Of a stretch of 64,000 nucleotides of DNA, positions 47,360 through 57,533 are shown piece after piece (the stretch's first letter is position 1; each line of letters begins with the position of its first letter). The DNA is from an uncultured Planctomycetota bacterium (GTDB taxonomy: Bacteria > Planctomycetota > PLA2 > JAEUHO01). The notes below the pieces were generated by a model that worked only from the letters and a program-made list of their open reading frames with translations, was not told the DNA's origin and made no database searches. The stretch spans positions 736,001 through 800,000 of the forward strand of contig CAVVXN010000005.1 in the NCBI GenBank assembly GCA_963752285.1, given 5' to 3'. The position numbers and the translations under genes were made by a program.

Positions 47360-49903
47360 TCAGCGGCCCGTGGCGAGGTGCCACGCGACGTCGAAGAGCC
47401 CTGCCGTACGCACGCCCGTGTCGCCCCGGTCGAAGACCTCGGGCCCGAAGAGGACGTAGTCGGGGAACCCCACGCCCGACGAGAGGTACGCGCAGGGGAT
47501 CGTGGCTCGCTCGCCCTTCTCGCCCGTCCACGCCACGGCGCCCGCGAGCGCGCCCTCGTCTCCGAGGCGCGGGTAGAGGAAGAGCGCCGCGAGGTCGTCG
47601 CCCTCGTAGGTACGCGCGCCGACGACGGCCCGCCCGCGGTCCACGCGGAGGGGGCACGACGGGGGGAGGACGTGATCCCACGCCGCGTTCGTGCTCGCGT
47701 TCCCGTACAGCACGACGTTGCGACCCACGTAGCGCGGCGCGTGCGCGAGCAGCTCGGCGTCGGAGATCGTCTCGGCCGCGCCGTTGCCGCGGTACCACCA
47801 GCGCTCGGCGTCGTACCGGGCCCGCTCGAGCGCCTGACGGTCCTCGGAGGCGTCGCCCGCCGTCCCGTAGACGAGGACGAAGCGCCGGTCGAAGAGCCGC
47901 CAGAAGGGTCCGCTCCGCCCGGGCGACCGCTCGCCCGCCGGGATCCGGTCGGCGACCACGCGCCACGTGCCGCCCGAGCGCGCGAGCGCGAGGCGCGGCG
48001 TCTCCGCGGGCCACAAGACGTCGGTTCCGTCCACGTGGACCGCGCCGACCTTCCACGCCGCGGGCGGCGCGAGCGAGAGCCGGCGGACGTTCTTCGTCGC
48101 GACCGTCAGCGCGCCGCCCGCGAACGACGCGTCCACGTGGAGCAGCTCGCCCACCTGGATCGGCTGCTCGAGCCGCACCCAGAAGTCGGCGCTGTCCTCG
48201 GCCGGGTCGGCGGTCGTGACGTGGAGGGCCGCCGGCGCCTCCGGGATCTCGTGCGCACGGAAGGCGTCGAAGAAGGCGGGCCAGTCCACGCAGTCCGCGC
48301 CCGGCGAGGCGTCGCCGTCCCACCAGTGGCCCATCTTCGGGATCACCTGGAGCGCGTAGTCCATCCCGGGGAGCGCGTTGAGGCGCGCCTCCATCGTCCG
48401 GGCTTCCGAGACCGGGACGCAGTCGTCCGCCTCGCCGTGGAGCTGGCGCACGGGGACCGCGGCGAGGTTGTCGGCGAGCGCCAGCGTGTCGGACGGGGCG
48501 TCCGCCGCGTCCCAGAGCCGGGCGAGCGGGCCGTCGCGCGGACCGCCCGCGTACGTCGCGAACGAGACCCACGCCGCCGACGGCGCGACGACGGCGAAGC
48601 CGTCCGGGTCGTTGACGGCGAGGTGCCACGTGCCGTGTCCGCCCATCGAGTGTCCCGAGAGCGACACGCGACGACGGTCCACCCCGGTGTCCGAGAGCGC
48701 GTCGGCGAGGACCTCGTACGCGTCCAGGCGTCCCCACTGCTGCCAGTCGAACCCGAAGGGGCGGCGGTTCGTGGGCGCGACGATCACGAAGTCGGGCTTC
48801 GGGGCGTAGGCCTTCACCTGTCCGAGCGCCTGGACGCCCGCGCCGTGGAGCGTGAGGAGCATGCGCCGGGGCGCGCCCTTCGCGTCGCCGACCGGCGGGA
48901 GGAGGGCGTACGTCTGGACGCCTCCGTCGATCGCCGAGACGAACGTGCGGCGGCGTGGCGCGTCGGCCGAGACCACCGGGAGCGGGAACGACCAGTGCCC
49001 GATCACGCGGTCGCAGTTCGCGAGCTCGACGTCGAGGCGGGCCTCCTCCGCGGCGTCGGGGACCTCGATGGGCCGGAGGACGAGCGGCACCTTCGTGACA
49101 CCGAGCGGAGGGATCGAGACGAGGCGGACGCCGCCCGAGACCCGGCGGTCGCCCACGTGGACCGTACCTTCGACGTCCACGCCGATCGCGAGCGTCGTGC
49201 TCGCGTTCACCACGACGACCGCCGCGTCGGGCGCACGGGACTCGCCCCGGACGAGGTCGGGGAGGGTCGGGTCCTCGGTCGCCACGAAGAGGGGCGCCTC
49301 CGGCCGCTCGAAGCGCACGCGAAACGGTCCGCGCGGCGCCAGGACGAAGAGCGCGTTCGCGCCTGCCCGGAGCTCGACGGGCACGCGGACGATCCCGTGA
49401 CCGTACGCGTCGCCGACGAACGGGGTCCCGTTCACGAAGAGCGCGCCGGCGCGCTCGACGGACGCGAGCCACACGCCGTCGGCGGACGCCGTGACGGTTC
49501 CCGCGGCGTACGACGCCTCGTCCGGGTCCACGAAGCCGCGTTCGTCCGGCACGGCCGGTCGCCACGCCGCGTGGCTCCCGTCCGCGGCCTCGACGACGAC
49601 CCCGGCCTCGGGCGCCTCCGCCGACGGCGCGAGGAGGTAGCGCCGGAAGGCCGCCGACGGACGAAACGGCTCGCGCGGCCCGCCCGCGTCGAGGTCGAGG
49701 AGGAGCCAGCGCTCCACGACGGGCGTCGCGGCGGCGGCGGGCTCGTCGGCCCGCGCCGGGGCGACGAGCCGCCCGGTCCCGAGGACCGTCCCGAGCCCCA
49801 GCGCGGCCGCCAGGACCGCCCGGGTCGCCCATCGGCTGCCGCCCGCGCGGTCCCCACGGAGCTTCCCGCGCGAGACACGAAGGCCCGCTCGTCCGTGTTC
49901 CAT
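47360..49903 (-). CDS. Exported S9/esterase-type alpha/beta hydrolase with N-terminal beta domains
   Basis: ATG 49903 with GGGAGG. Signal peptide ending ARA, LHGAG, LSGHSMGGHG nucleophile, HG..DD.VP, GHWW. Confidence 0.85.
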   Translation of the reverse strand: MEHGRAGLRVSRGKLRGDRAGGSRWATRAVLAAALGLGTVLGTGRLVAPARADEPAAAATPVVERWLLLDLDAGGPREPFRPSAAFRRYLLAPSAEAPEAGVVVEAADGSHAAWRPAVPDERGFVDPDEASYAAGTVTASADGVWLASVERAGALFVNGTPFVGDAYGHGIVRVPVELRAGANALFVLAPRGPFRVRFERPEAPLFVATEDPTLPDLVRGESRAPDAAVVVVNASTTLAIGVDVEGTVHVGDRRVSGGVRLVSIPPLGVTKVPLVLRPIEVPDAAEEARLDVELANCDRVIGHWSFPLPVVSADAPRRRTFVSAIDGGVQTYALLPPVGDAKGAPRRMLLTLHGAGVQALGQVKAYAPKPDFVIVAPTNRRPFGFDWQQWGRLDAYEVLADALSDTGVDRRRVSLSGHSMGGHGTWHLAVNDPDGFAVVAPSAAWVSFATYAGGPRDGPLARLWDAADAPSDTLALADNLAAVPVRQLHGEADDCVPVSEARTMEARLNALPGMDYALQVIPKMGHWWDGDASPGADCVDWPAFFDAFRAHEIPEAPAALHVTTADPAEDSADFWVRLEQPIQVGELLHVDASFAGGALTVATKNVRRLSLAPPAAWKVGAVHVDGTDVLWPAETPRLALARSGGTWRVVADRIPAGERSPGRSGPFWRLFDRRFVLVYGTAGDASEDRQALERARYDAERWWYRGNGAAETISDAELLAHAPRYVGRNVVLYGNASTNAAWDHVLPPSCPLRVDRGRAVVGARTYEGDDLAALFLYPRLGDEGALAGAVAWTGEKGERATIPCAYLSSGVGFPDYVLFGPEVFDRGDTGVRTAGLFDVAWHLATGR

Positions 49904-49928
49904 CTGCACCTCCCGGGTGAGGAAGCGG

Positions 49929-50672
49929 TCAGGCCCCGGTCGGGCCGAGGCGCTCGGCGAGGAAGGCGGCCGTCATCCGTCGCGCGCGGCGCGCCGCGTC
50001 GGGATGGTACACGACGCCGCGCTCGGGATCGCGCGCCTCGGGGTTCGTGAAGCCGTGGCGCGCGCCACCGTGGACGACGAAGGTGAAGTCCACGCCCGCG
50101 GCCTCCATGGCGGCGAGGAAGGCGTCCACCCGGTCCGGCGGCACGAGCGGGTCCGCGTGCCCGTGGTGCACCTGGAGGCTCGCTCGGACCCGGGCCGCGT
50201 CGGCCTCGGCGACCTCGGGCAGGATCCCGTGCAGGGTCGCTACGGCGCGGAGCGCGGCGCCGTCGAGCGCCAGCTCGAGCGCGGCCGCGCCGCCGAAGCA
50301 GTAGCCCACCGCCCCGACGCGCGACGCCTCGACGTCGGGGCGGCGGGCCAGGGCGTCGAACGCCGCCCGTCCGCGACGGCAAAGGGCGGCGCGGTCCCTC
50401 TGGAGCGGCTCCATCCACGCGCGGGCCTCGGCGCGGGAGGACGCGAGCCGGCCCTCGCCGTAGAGGTCCACGGCGAGCGCCGCGTACCCCGCGCCCGCGA
50501 GCCAGCGGACCTCGTCGCGCGCGAACGGGCCGAGGCCGACGAAGGTGGGGAACACGAGCACGCCGGGCACCGGGACGGTCGGGTCGGCGGGCCGCGCGAG
50601 GAGACCGCGGCAGCGAAGCCCGCGGTCCTCGTAGTCGAGCGTCTCGAGGAGAAGCCCTGGATCGTGCGCCAT
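49929..50672 (-). CDS. Dienelactone hydrolase family protein
   Basis: PGVLV....G, GY.ALA.DLYG, GYCFGG (catalytic Cys), HG..DPLV, HGFTNP. Confidence 0.93.
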   Translation of the reverse strand: MAHDPGLLLETLDYEDRGLRCRGLLARPADPTVPVPGVLVFPTFVGLGPFARDEVRWLAGAGYAALAVDLYGEGRLASSRAEARAWMEPLQRDRAALCRRGRAAFDALARRPDVEASRVGAVGYCFGGAAALELALDGAALRAVATLHGILPEVAEADAARVRASLQVHHGHADPLVPPDRVDAFLAAMEAAGVDFTFVVHGGARHGFTNPEARDPERGVVYHPDAARRARRMTAAFLAERLGPTGA

Positions 50673-50730
50673 CGCGCCTCCGTGTCCCGTGCGGCGCGTA
50701 GGATGCCCCCACCCGAAGGGAAGCGACCCG

Positions 50731-51783
50731 ATGCCGAAGACCCCCCGCGCCCGACGGCCGCGCCGACGCGCGCGGCGTCCCGCGTGGGTCTCCTGGCCCG
50801 ACGAGCGCCTCCTCGACCTGCGCCTGAAGGACCTCGGGCTGGAGGTGGAGGGCACCGTGCTCGAGGAGCGGGTGGCGAGGCTCCACGAGGAGCTCCAGGC
50901 GCGCGGCCTGGGCCTCAAGCCGCACGCCTGGCTCTCGACGGAGTGGTTCTCGCCCGACGGCATCCCGGGCATCGCGGTCCCCTTCTACCTCGCGCACCCG
51001 CGCCTGATGGCGCTCGAGCGCCGGATGATGCTGGAGGTCGAGGGGAGCTCCGAGCGGGAGTGCATGAAGATCCTTCGGCACGAGGCCGGGCACGCGTTCG
51101 ACACGGCCTACCGGCTCCACTTCCGGCGCTCGTTCCAGGAGGCGTTCGGCCGCGCGCGGCCCTACCCGACGACGTACCGCCCGAAGCCCGTCAGCCGGAG
51201 CTTCGTGCTCCACCTGGACGCGTGGTACGCCCAGAGCCACCCCGCCGAGGACTTCGCCGAGACCTTCGCGGTGTGGCTGTCGCCGGGGAACCGCTGGCGT
51301 CAGACGTACGCCGGCTGGCCGGCCCTGAGGAAGCTCGAGTACGTGGACGGGCTGATGCAGGAGGTCGCGGGTCGCGCTGCGCGGGTGCGCTCGCGCGCGC
51401 GACCCGAAAGGCTCTCCACACTGACGCAGACCCTCGGCGCGTACTACGCGTGGAAGCGGGGCTACTACGGGACCCAGCACCCCGAGGTGTGGGACCGGGA
51501 CCTGCGCCGCCTCTTCTCCGACCAGCCCGAGCACAAGGAGCGGGAGACGGCGTACGCGTTCCTCCGGCGCGTTCGGGCCGAGGTCCGCGAGCGCGTGGCG
51601 CACTGGACGGGCCTCTCGCAGTACACGATCGACCAGGTGCTGAAGGACATGATCGTTCGCTGCAAGGACCTGCGGCTCCGCGTGCGCGCGTCGGACCGTC
51701 AGACCAAGCTCGACACGACCGTGATGCTCACGGTGCTCACCATGAACTACCTCCACAGCGGGCGGCATCGGGTGGCCCTGTGA
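50731..51783 (+). CDS. Putative zinc-binding metallopeptidase (HExxH)
   Basis: LRHEAGH..D.AY and downstream YAQSHP.EDFAETFAVWL (third ligand Glu). EWFSPDG.PGIA.PFYL.HPRL. Confidence 0.85.
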   Translation: MPKTPRARRPRRRARRPAWVSWPDERLLDLRLKDLGLEVEGTVLEERVARLHEELQARGLGLKPHAWLSTEWFSPDGIPGIAVPFYLAHPRLMALERRMMLEVEGSSERECMKILRHEAGHAFDTAYRLHFRRSFQEAFGRARPYPTTYRPKPVSRSFVLHLDAWYAQSHPAEDFAETFAVWLSPGNRWRQTYAGWPALRKLEYVDGLMQEVAGRAARVRSRARPERLSTLTQTLGAYYAWKRGYYGTQHPEVWDRDLRRLFSDQPEHKERETAYAFLRRVRAEVRERVAHWTGLSQYTIDQVLKDMIVRCKDLRLRVRASDRQTKLDTTVMLTVLTMNYLHSGRHRVAL

Positions 51784-51823
51784 GACGGCGCACGGACGTC
51801 GAGCCGGGGGGCGAGGTGCTCGC

Positions 51824-52855
51824 GTGAAACGACTGCGGGTGCTCGTGCTCCTGCACCGCGACCTGATCCCCCCCGAGTCGATCGAGGGGCTCTCCGACGA
51901 GGAGCTCTTCCGCGCGCCGTGGAAGACGGAGTACGACGTCGTCGCGACCCTCCGGGAGGCGGGGCACGACGTCCGGGTGCTCGGCGTCGTGGGCGACCTC
52001 ATGGCGATCCGCGAGGCGGTCGAGCAAGGGGAGCCTCACGTCGCCTTCAACCTGCTCGAGGAGTTCGACGGCGTCGCGGTGTACGACCAGCACGTCGTGG
52101 GCTACCTCGAGCTGCTCCGGCAGTCGTACACCGGGTGCAACCCGCGGGGCCTGATGCTCGCCCGCGACAAGGCGCTCAGCAAACAGCTCCTCGCCTACCA
52201 CCGGATCCGGGTACCGGCCTTCGCCGTCTTCCCGCGGGGGCGGAAGGTCAGCCGGCCCCGGCGCCTCGCGTTCCCGCTCTTCGTGAAGTCGGTGACCGAG
52301 GAGGGCTCCCGCGGCATCGCCCAGGCCTCGCTCGTCCAGGACGACGAGCACCTCGTGGAGCGCGTGGGCTTCGTGCACGAGCACGTCGGGACCGACGCGA
52401 TCGCCGAGGAGTACATCGAGGGTCGCGAGCTCTACGTCGGCCTGCTCGGAAACCAGCGTGTCCGCGTCCTCCCGATCTGGGAGATGCACTTCACCAAGAT
52501 GCCGCCCGACGTCCCCCGGTTCGCGACGGGGCGGGTCAAGTGGGACGTCGCCTACCAGCGCCGGTGGGGCATCGAGACGAGCGCCGCGCGGGACCTTCCC
52601 GAGGGCGCCGAGAAGCGGATCGTCCAGATCTGCCGGCGGGCCTGGAGGATCCTCTCGCTCTCGGGCTACGCCCGGATGGACCTGCGCATGCGGCCGGACG
52701 GGGAGGTGTTCGTGATCGAGGCGAACCCGAACCCCCAGATCGGCTATGGTGAGGACTTCGCCGAGTCGGCAGAGACCGTCGGTCTGCCCTACGACGCCCT
52801 CCTCGAGCGGATCATGAGCCTGGGGCTCCGGTACCGGGCGGAGTGGAAGGGCTGA
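51824..52855 (+). CDS. ATP-grasp ligase, D-Ala-D-Ala ligase-like (non-canonical N-terminus)
   Basis: FNL.E.F, YTG.....L..DKALSK..L, FPLFVK....GS.GI, EEYIEGRE, GYARMD.R, IEANPNP. Lacks the GG.S.E..VS start of classical Ddl. Confidence 0.88.
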   Translation: MKRLRVLVLLHRDLIPPESIEGLSDEELFRAPWKTEYDVVATLREAGHDVRVLGVVGDLMAIREAVEQGEPHVAFNLLEEFDGVAVYDQHVVGYLELLRQSYTGCNPRGLMLARDKALSKQLLAYHRIRVPAFAVFPRGRKVSRPRRLAFPLFVKSVTEEGSRGIAQASLVQDDEHLVERVGFVHEHVGTDAIAEEYIEGRELYVGLLGNQRVRVLPIWEMHFTKMPPDVPRFATGRVKWDVAYQRRWGIETSAARDLPEGAEKRIVQICRRAWRILSLSGYARMDLRMRPDGEVFVIEANPNPQIGYGEDFAESAETVGLPYDALLERIMSLGLRYRAEWKG

Positions 52856-52965
52856 GCGCGGCGACGGCCTCCGGCTCGGCCGGGACCCCGGACGTTCGCC
52901 GCCCCCGGGCGTCCGTTGGCTCGTGGACGCCGGGTGGGGCAGAATCGTGCGACCCAGGGGGGCCG

Positions 52966-53670
52966 ATGGCTACGGGATCGAACGGGCAGGACCACGACGG
53001 CGGGAGCCGACGCGCGGCGCACGAGAGCCTGCTCTACGGCTCGCTCTCGCGCGTCTACGACGCCGTGTTCGCGCGCGTCTTCCTCCCGCGCGTCGCGTTC
53101 GTGATCCGCGCCCTGGACCTCCAGGCCGGCACACGCGTGCTCGAGATCGGCGCCGGCACCGGCGGCTCGCTCCCCGCCTACCCCCCGGACTGCGACGTCA
53201 CCGCGCTCGACCTGTCCGCACAGATGCTCCGGCGCGCGCAGCACAAGATCGAGCGCATGGGGTGGAAGCACATCCGCCTCGTCGAGGGCAACGCGACGCG
53301 CCTGCCGTTCCCCGACGACGCCTTCGACGTGGTGGGCGCGTTCCACATGGTGACGGTGGTGGACGACCCCGACCGGATGATGCGCGAGGTCGTGCGGGTC
53401 TGCCGGCCGCACGGGCGGGTCGCGATCGTGAACAGGTTCCGGAGCGAGGTGCCTGCCCTCGACCGACTGGAACAGAGCCTCGAGCCGATGACACGGGGCT
53501 GGGGATGGGGCACGCTTCGGCGGGAGGAGGTCCTGGAAGGCCAGCCGCTCCGCGTCCTCGACGCACGGCACGGGGGACCGCTCGGCCTCTTCACGGCCGT
53601 GGTCGCGGAGAACACGAAGCCCGGGCGTGCGGCGGCCAGCGCGCGGGGTCAGGACGAGGCGGACGCGTAG
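52966..53670 (+). CDS. Class I SAM-dependent methyltransferase, PmtA (phospholipid N-methyltransferase)-like
   Basis: Y.....VYD.VF..VF, VLEIGAGTG.SL..YP, DLS.QML, L.FPDD.FD, V.VV.DP....E..RVCRP.G....VN.F. Confidence 0.8.
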   Translation: MATGSNGQDHDGGSRRAAHESLLYGSLSRVYDAVFARVFLPRVAFVIRALDLQAGTRVLEIGAGTGGSLPAYPPDCDVTALDLSAQMLRRAQHKIERMGWKHIRLVEGNATRLPFPDDAFDVVGAFHMVTVVDDPDRMMREVVRVCRPHGRVAIVNRFRSEVPALDRLEQSLEPMTRGWGWGTLRREEVLEGQPLRVLDARHGGPLGLFTAVVAENTKPGRAAASARGQDEADA

Positions 53671-54446
53671 GCCCGGAGGCCCAGCCGCCACAGCGCGCCC
53701 ATCGCCAGGAGCGCGGCGACCGTGACGCCCACGACGTGGAGCACCAGGGGCCAGGAGAAACCCTGGAAGAGCGCGCGGGTGGGAAACGAGACGATCACCG
53801 CAAAGGGGAGGATCGACGTCAGGAGCCGGCCGACGAAGCCGGTGAAGATCCCGTCCGGCCGATCGGCGAGCTGGTCGAGCGAGAAGTAGATCTCGCGGAG
53901 CCCGTGGACGGTGTGCAGCCAGAAGACGGGGATCAGCAGGGTCATCTGGAGCGCGTACCGGAGGATCACGCCCACGAGCAGGAGTCCGACGTAGAGCACG
54001 ACCGAAGGGAGCGGGAGGGGGCCGGGGTACCGGGCGACCACCACGGCGAGGACCGCGAACGCCAGCAGGAGGTTCAGGAACGAGTTCGCGGCGAAGTCCC
54101 TCAGGCTCAACATGAAGAGCGCGGAGACCGGGCGGACCAGGTGGTAGTCGAGATCGCCCCGGTTCACGTAGATCGGGAACCACCACATGTTGTTCGAGAA
54201 GATCGTCATGTGGAGCGCGTCGGACACGAAGACGCCCCCGGCGAACACGAGTACCTGGTCCCACGTCCAGCCACCGAGCGCGCGGGTGTGCGCGAAGAGG
54301 ATCCCGAAGAAGCCCAGGTTCACCGCGTAGAAGACGACGTCCATGAACACGCGGAAGAAGAAGTCGAGCCGGAACTGCAGCGCCTTCGAGAACGAGAAGC
54401 GGAGGAAGGAGGCATAGAGGCGGAGGTAGCGCACGCGGGGGCTCAC
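53649..54446 (-). CDS. ABC-2 type permease (DUF990-like)
   Basis: FR.DF, LGGW, V..GDLD..LVRP, P..IF....L..ILP.......P. About six TM helices. Start overlaps the upstream stop. Confidence 0.88.
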   Translation of the reverse strand: MSPRVRYLRLYASFLRFSFSKALQFRLDFFFRVFMDVVFYAVNLGFFGILFAHTRALGGWTWDQVLVFAGGVFVSDALHMTIFSNNMWWFPIYVNRGDLDYHLVRPVSALFMLSLRDFAANSFLNLLLAFAVLAVVVARYPGPLPLPSVVLYVGLLLVGVILRYALQMTLLIPVFWLHTVHGLREIYFSLDQLADRPDGIFTGFVGRLLTSILPFAVIVSFPTRALFQGFSWPLVLHVVGVTVAALLAMGALWRLGLRAYASASS

Positions 54447-55255
54447 ATTCCGATGCCGCTGTACTGGAGGCTCCCGCGCCGCCACACGGCGCGCGCGGGC
54501 AGGGCGAAGACGAGCGTCCAGCCGAGGGTGAGGACGAGACCCGTGGCCCACGCCGAGACCGAGGTCCGTCCGAGGAGCGCGCCGACGGGCGCGTCGTAGA
54601 GGTAGCGGAAGGGGAGGACGTCCACGACCGCGCGGAGCCCCGAGGGGAACACGGCCAGGGGGAGCAGGGCGCCGCCGAGGAGCGCGCACGTGAAGCGGAG
54701 GCACACCGCGAGGCTCCACACGTTGTCCGCCCAGAACGCGACGCACTGGATCGGAAAGCCCATCGTGAAGTAGAGGAGGTTCGCGGCGGCGAGCGACAGG
54801 AGGGCCATCGCGGCCGAGAGCGGCGAAAGGGCGACGCCCGCGCCCTCGCGCGCGAGGACGGGGAAGAGGGCGGCCAGGAGGACGAGCTGGATCAGGGCGG
54901 GAACGAGGCTCCCGAGCGACTGCGCGTACTTGAAGGCGAAGTACGAGGTCGGGAAGACGAGGTAGCGGTTGAGACCGCCCTCGTAGATGTCGTTCGAGAC
55001 CCGCCCGGTGAGCTCCGGGCCCCTCACGATGCGCCCGAAGAGGATGACCGCGAGGTAGTAGACGAGCATGCCGTGGAGGTCGTAGCCGGCGATCGTGCCG
55101 TGGCCCGACTCTCGGAACATCGCGCTCCAGAGGAACCACGCGAGGCCGATCTCGACCGCGAAGGTGGCGAACGCGTTGATCCAGAAGTCGACGCGGTACG
55201 ACATGCGGCTCCGCGCCTCGATCAGGACGACCTGGACGAAGAGCCGCGGGCTCAC
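54443..55255 (-). CDS. ABC-2 type permease
   Basis: YR.DF, IAGY....M..YY, I..G.L..YL..P, G.LLPL..FP, LPF.Y. About six TM helices. Confidence 0.88.
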   Translation of the reverse strand: MSPRLFVQVVLIEARSRMSYRVDFWINAFATFAVEIGLAWFLWSAMFRESGHGTIAGYDLHGMLVYYLAVILFGRIVRGPELTGRVSNDIYEGGLNRYLVFPTSYFAFKYAQSLGSLVPALIQLVLLAALFPVLAREGAGVALSPLSAAMALLSLAAANLLYFTMGFPIQCVAFWADNVWSLAVCLRFTCALLGGALLPLAVFPSGLRAVVDVLPFRYLYDAPVGALLGRTSVSAWATGLVLTLGWTLVFALPARAVWRRGSLQYSGIGM

Positions 55256-56280
55256 GGCGCGCCCCCGGTCCCACTGCGGTCGGTGAGGATCCGCTCGATG
55301 ATCGTCCCGACGTCCGGCTCCTCGATCGTGAGGTCCACGACCGGGAGCCGCGCGAGCACCTCGGAAGCCGCACGCGCGACCCGCGACCGCGGGACGCGAA
55401 GACGCAGCACGTTCTCGTCGAGGTGCACGACGGTTCCGAGGTCGGCCAGGTCCGAGGGCGTGGGGCGCGGACGCGGTGGGGACCCGCGCGGTCCGTCCAC
55501 CCCGTCCCGTCCGAGGTGCGCGATGACCACTTTGTGGTCCGCGTAGCGGTGGACGACCTCCTGGAGGCTACCGTCGTACACGAGCTCGCCGTCGCGGAGG
55601 ATCAGGATGCGCTCGCAGAGGCGCTGGATGTCCTCCATGTAGTGGCTCGTGAGGAGCATGGCGGGCCGCCGGGCCTGCCGGTACGTGAGGACGAAGTCGC
55701 GGACCGCGCGCTGCGCGGTCAGGTCGAGGCCGATGGTGGGCTCGTCCAGGTACACGACGCGCGGTCCGTGCAGGAGGGCGGCGATCAGCTCCATCTTCAT
55801 GCGTTCGCCGAGCGAGAGGCGGCGGACCTGGATCTCGAGCTCCTTCGTCACGCCGAGCATCGAGGCGAGGTCGTCGAGGTTCTTCCGGTACTCCGCGGCG
55901 GGAATCCGGTAGATCTCCTTCAGGAGGAGGAAGGCGTCCGCGGCCGGGAGGTCCCACCAGAGCTGCGCCTTCTGCCCCATGATGAGCGCGATCTGGCGGC
56001 GGAAGCGGTCGTCACGCTCCCACGGGCGGAACCCGAGCACGTCCGCGTCGCCCGACGTGGGGTGGATGATCCCCGCGAGCATCTTCGTGAGGGTGGTCTT
56101 GCCGGCGCCGTTCGCGCCGAGGAGCCCTACGATCTCGCCCTCCTGGACCTCGAACGAGACGTCACGGACCGCTCGCTTCTCGACCGTCTCGCGACGGACG
56201 AGTGCGCGGAGCGAGGCGACGAGGCCGGGCGCCTTCTTCGGCACCCGGAAGGTCTTCGAGAGGCGGTCGGCGCGGATCAC
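55252..56280 (-). CDS. ABC transporter ATP-binding protein
   Basis: GANGAGKTT, GQK.QLWWDLP, LSLGERMK.EL.AALLH.P, LDEPTIGLD, TSH.M.DI. Confidence 0.95.
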   Translation of the reverse strand: MIRADRLSKTFRVPKKAPGLVASLRALVRRETVEKRAVRDVSFEVQEGEIVGLLGANGAGKTTLTKMLAGIIHPTSGDADVLGFRPWERDDRFRRQIALIMGQKAQLWWDLPAADAFLLLKEIYRIPAAEYRKNLDDLASMLGVTKELEIQVRRLSLGERMKMELIAALLHGPRVVYLDEPTIGLDLTAQRAVRDFVLTYRQARRPAMLLTSHYMEDIQRLCERILILRDGELVYDGSLQEVVHRYADHKVVIAHLGRDGVDGPRGSPPRPRPTPSDLADLGTVVHLDENVLRLRVPRSRVARAASEVLARLPVVDLTIEEPDVGTIIERILTDRSGTGGAP

Positions 56281-56446
56281 GGGCCGCCCAGACGAACCGC
56301 AGGGCGGGCGCGGCGCAAGGTCCGGCCGCCGTGCCGGCTCGCCCCGGAGGAGGCGGGGCGGTGGCGCCGTGGAGCGCGCGATCCCGGGCGCGGGCGGATC
56401 GCGCGGCGCTATCCTGGGTCGTCCGACCTCGCGGAGGGCCCATCCC

Positions 56447-56461
56447 TGGCACGTCCCGTGC
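56447..56461 (+). promoter_or_regulatory. Putative sigma54 (-24/-12) promoter
   Basis: TGGCAC-GTCCC-GTGC with exact GG-N10-GC spacing in a divergent intergenic region. Same variant as at 25594. Confidence 0.55.
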
Positions 56462-56544
56462 CCGATGTCCGGCGGCGCCGCCGCTCCGACCCGCGCGCGC
56501 GTCCGGGGACGCGTCCGGGCGACGGACGGATCTACACGCTGGTC

Positions 56545-57435
56545 GTGACGGCGGCGTTGGCGCTCTTCAACGCGTGCGCGCCGGACGACCCGTCGGCAGG
56601 CCCGACCCCAGACGCCCTCGTTCCCTTCGCCACGGCCCCCCTGGCGCCGCCGGCCGACCGGGACGAGGCGGTGGCCCGCCAGCTGCCGTTGGGGCTCGTC
56701 CCCGAGCCGCGTCGTGCGCTGGTCTCTCCGCGGCCGATCGAGCCGGACGCGCTCCGAGGCGGTCCCTACGACGTGATCGTGGAGGACGCCTCGCAGGACT
56801 CGGCGGAGGGCGCGCTCGGCGCCGCCACGAGGGCGGGGCTGACCGGGCGGCGCGCCGCGCTCACGGCCCACGGCGTGTACGTCCTCTGGCTCCCGGCGCG
56901 CGCGACCGAGGAGGAGGGGCTGCGGACCCAGGCTCGGCGCATGGGCGCGGTCTTCGCACGGGTCACGCTGTGGCGGGACGACTTCGCCGCGCACCCGACA
57001 CGGGTCGGCCTCGCGGGGCACGCGGACGAGACGCCCCTCGACCCGGGCGCGCTCGTGGCCGCGGCGCGCGCGCTGCCCGCGGAAGACCCCTCTGGCCTCG
57101 GCACGTATCCCACCGCGCTGCCCTTCTTCTTCTACGCGGGCGACCTCGGCGCCGCCGAGGGCCGACTCGGCGCGGCCACGGCGGGCGTCCTCGCGGAGGA
57201 CGCGCTCCTCGGTCTCGAGCGCCGGCTGGCCACGGCGGTCCCGCCCGCGAGCGACCCCTACCTCGCCCGACTCGACGCGGCCGAGCGACGCCGCGCGGGC
57301 GCCGGCCTGGCTCTCCGCACCCTCTCGGTCGCCCTGACGCTCGACCGGCCCCGGGAGCACCGTCGCGCGCTCCTCGAGTACGTGCGAGCCGTCCCCGGCG
57401 CGGACCGTCCCCCGCTCGATCCCTGGGTGCGCTGA
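56545..57435 (+). CDS. Hypothetical protein, possible lipoprotein (start uncertain; alternative GTG 56458)
   Basis: Fills the gap between the ABC operon and the MOSC gene. Hydrophobic stretch ending LFNA|C followed by a Pro-rich linker and a globular-looking region. Confidence 0.6.
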   Translation: MTAALALFNACAPDDPSAGPTPDALVPFATAPLAPPADRDEAVARQLPLGLVPEPRRALVSPRPIEPDALRGGPYDVIVEDASQDSAEGALGAATRAGLTGRRAALTAHGVYVLWLPARATEEEGLRTQARRMGAVFARVTLWRDDFAAHPTRVGLAGHADETPLDPGALVAAARALPAEDPSGLGTYPTALPFFFYAGDLGAAEGRLGAATAGVLAEDALLGLERRLATAVPPASDPYLARLDAAERRRAGAGLALRTLSVALTLDRPREHRRALLEYVRAVPGADRPPLDPWVR

Positions 57436-57533
57436 GGTCCGCCCCTCACCGTGGCGACCCACGGGGCGGGCGCGACGTCCGCCGGTATGCTCCCCTCGTT
57501 CCCCGGCCGGACCGGTCGCGGGGGAGGGATCGG

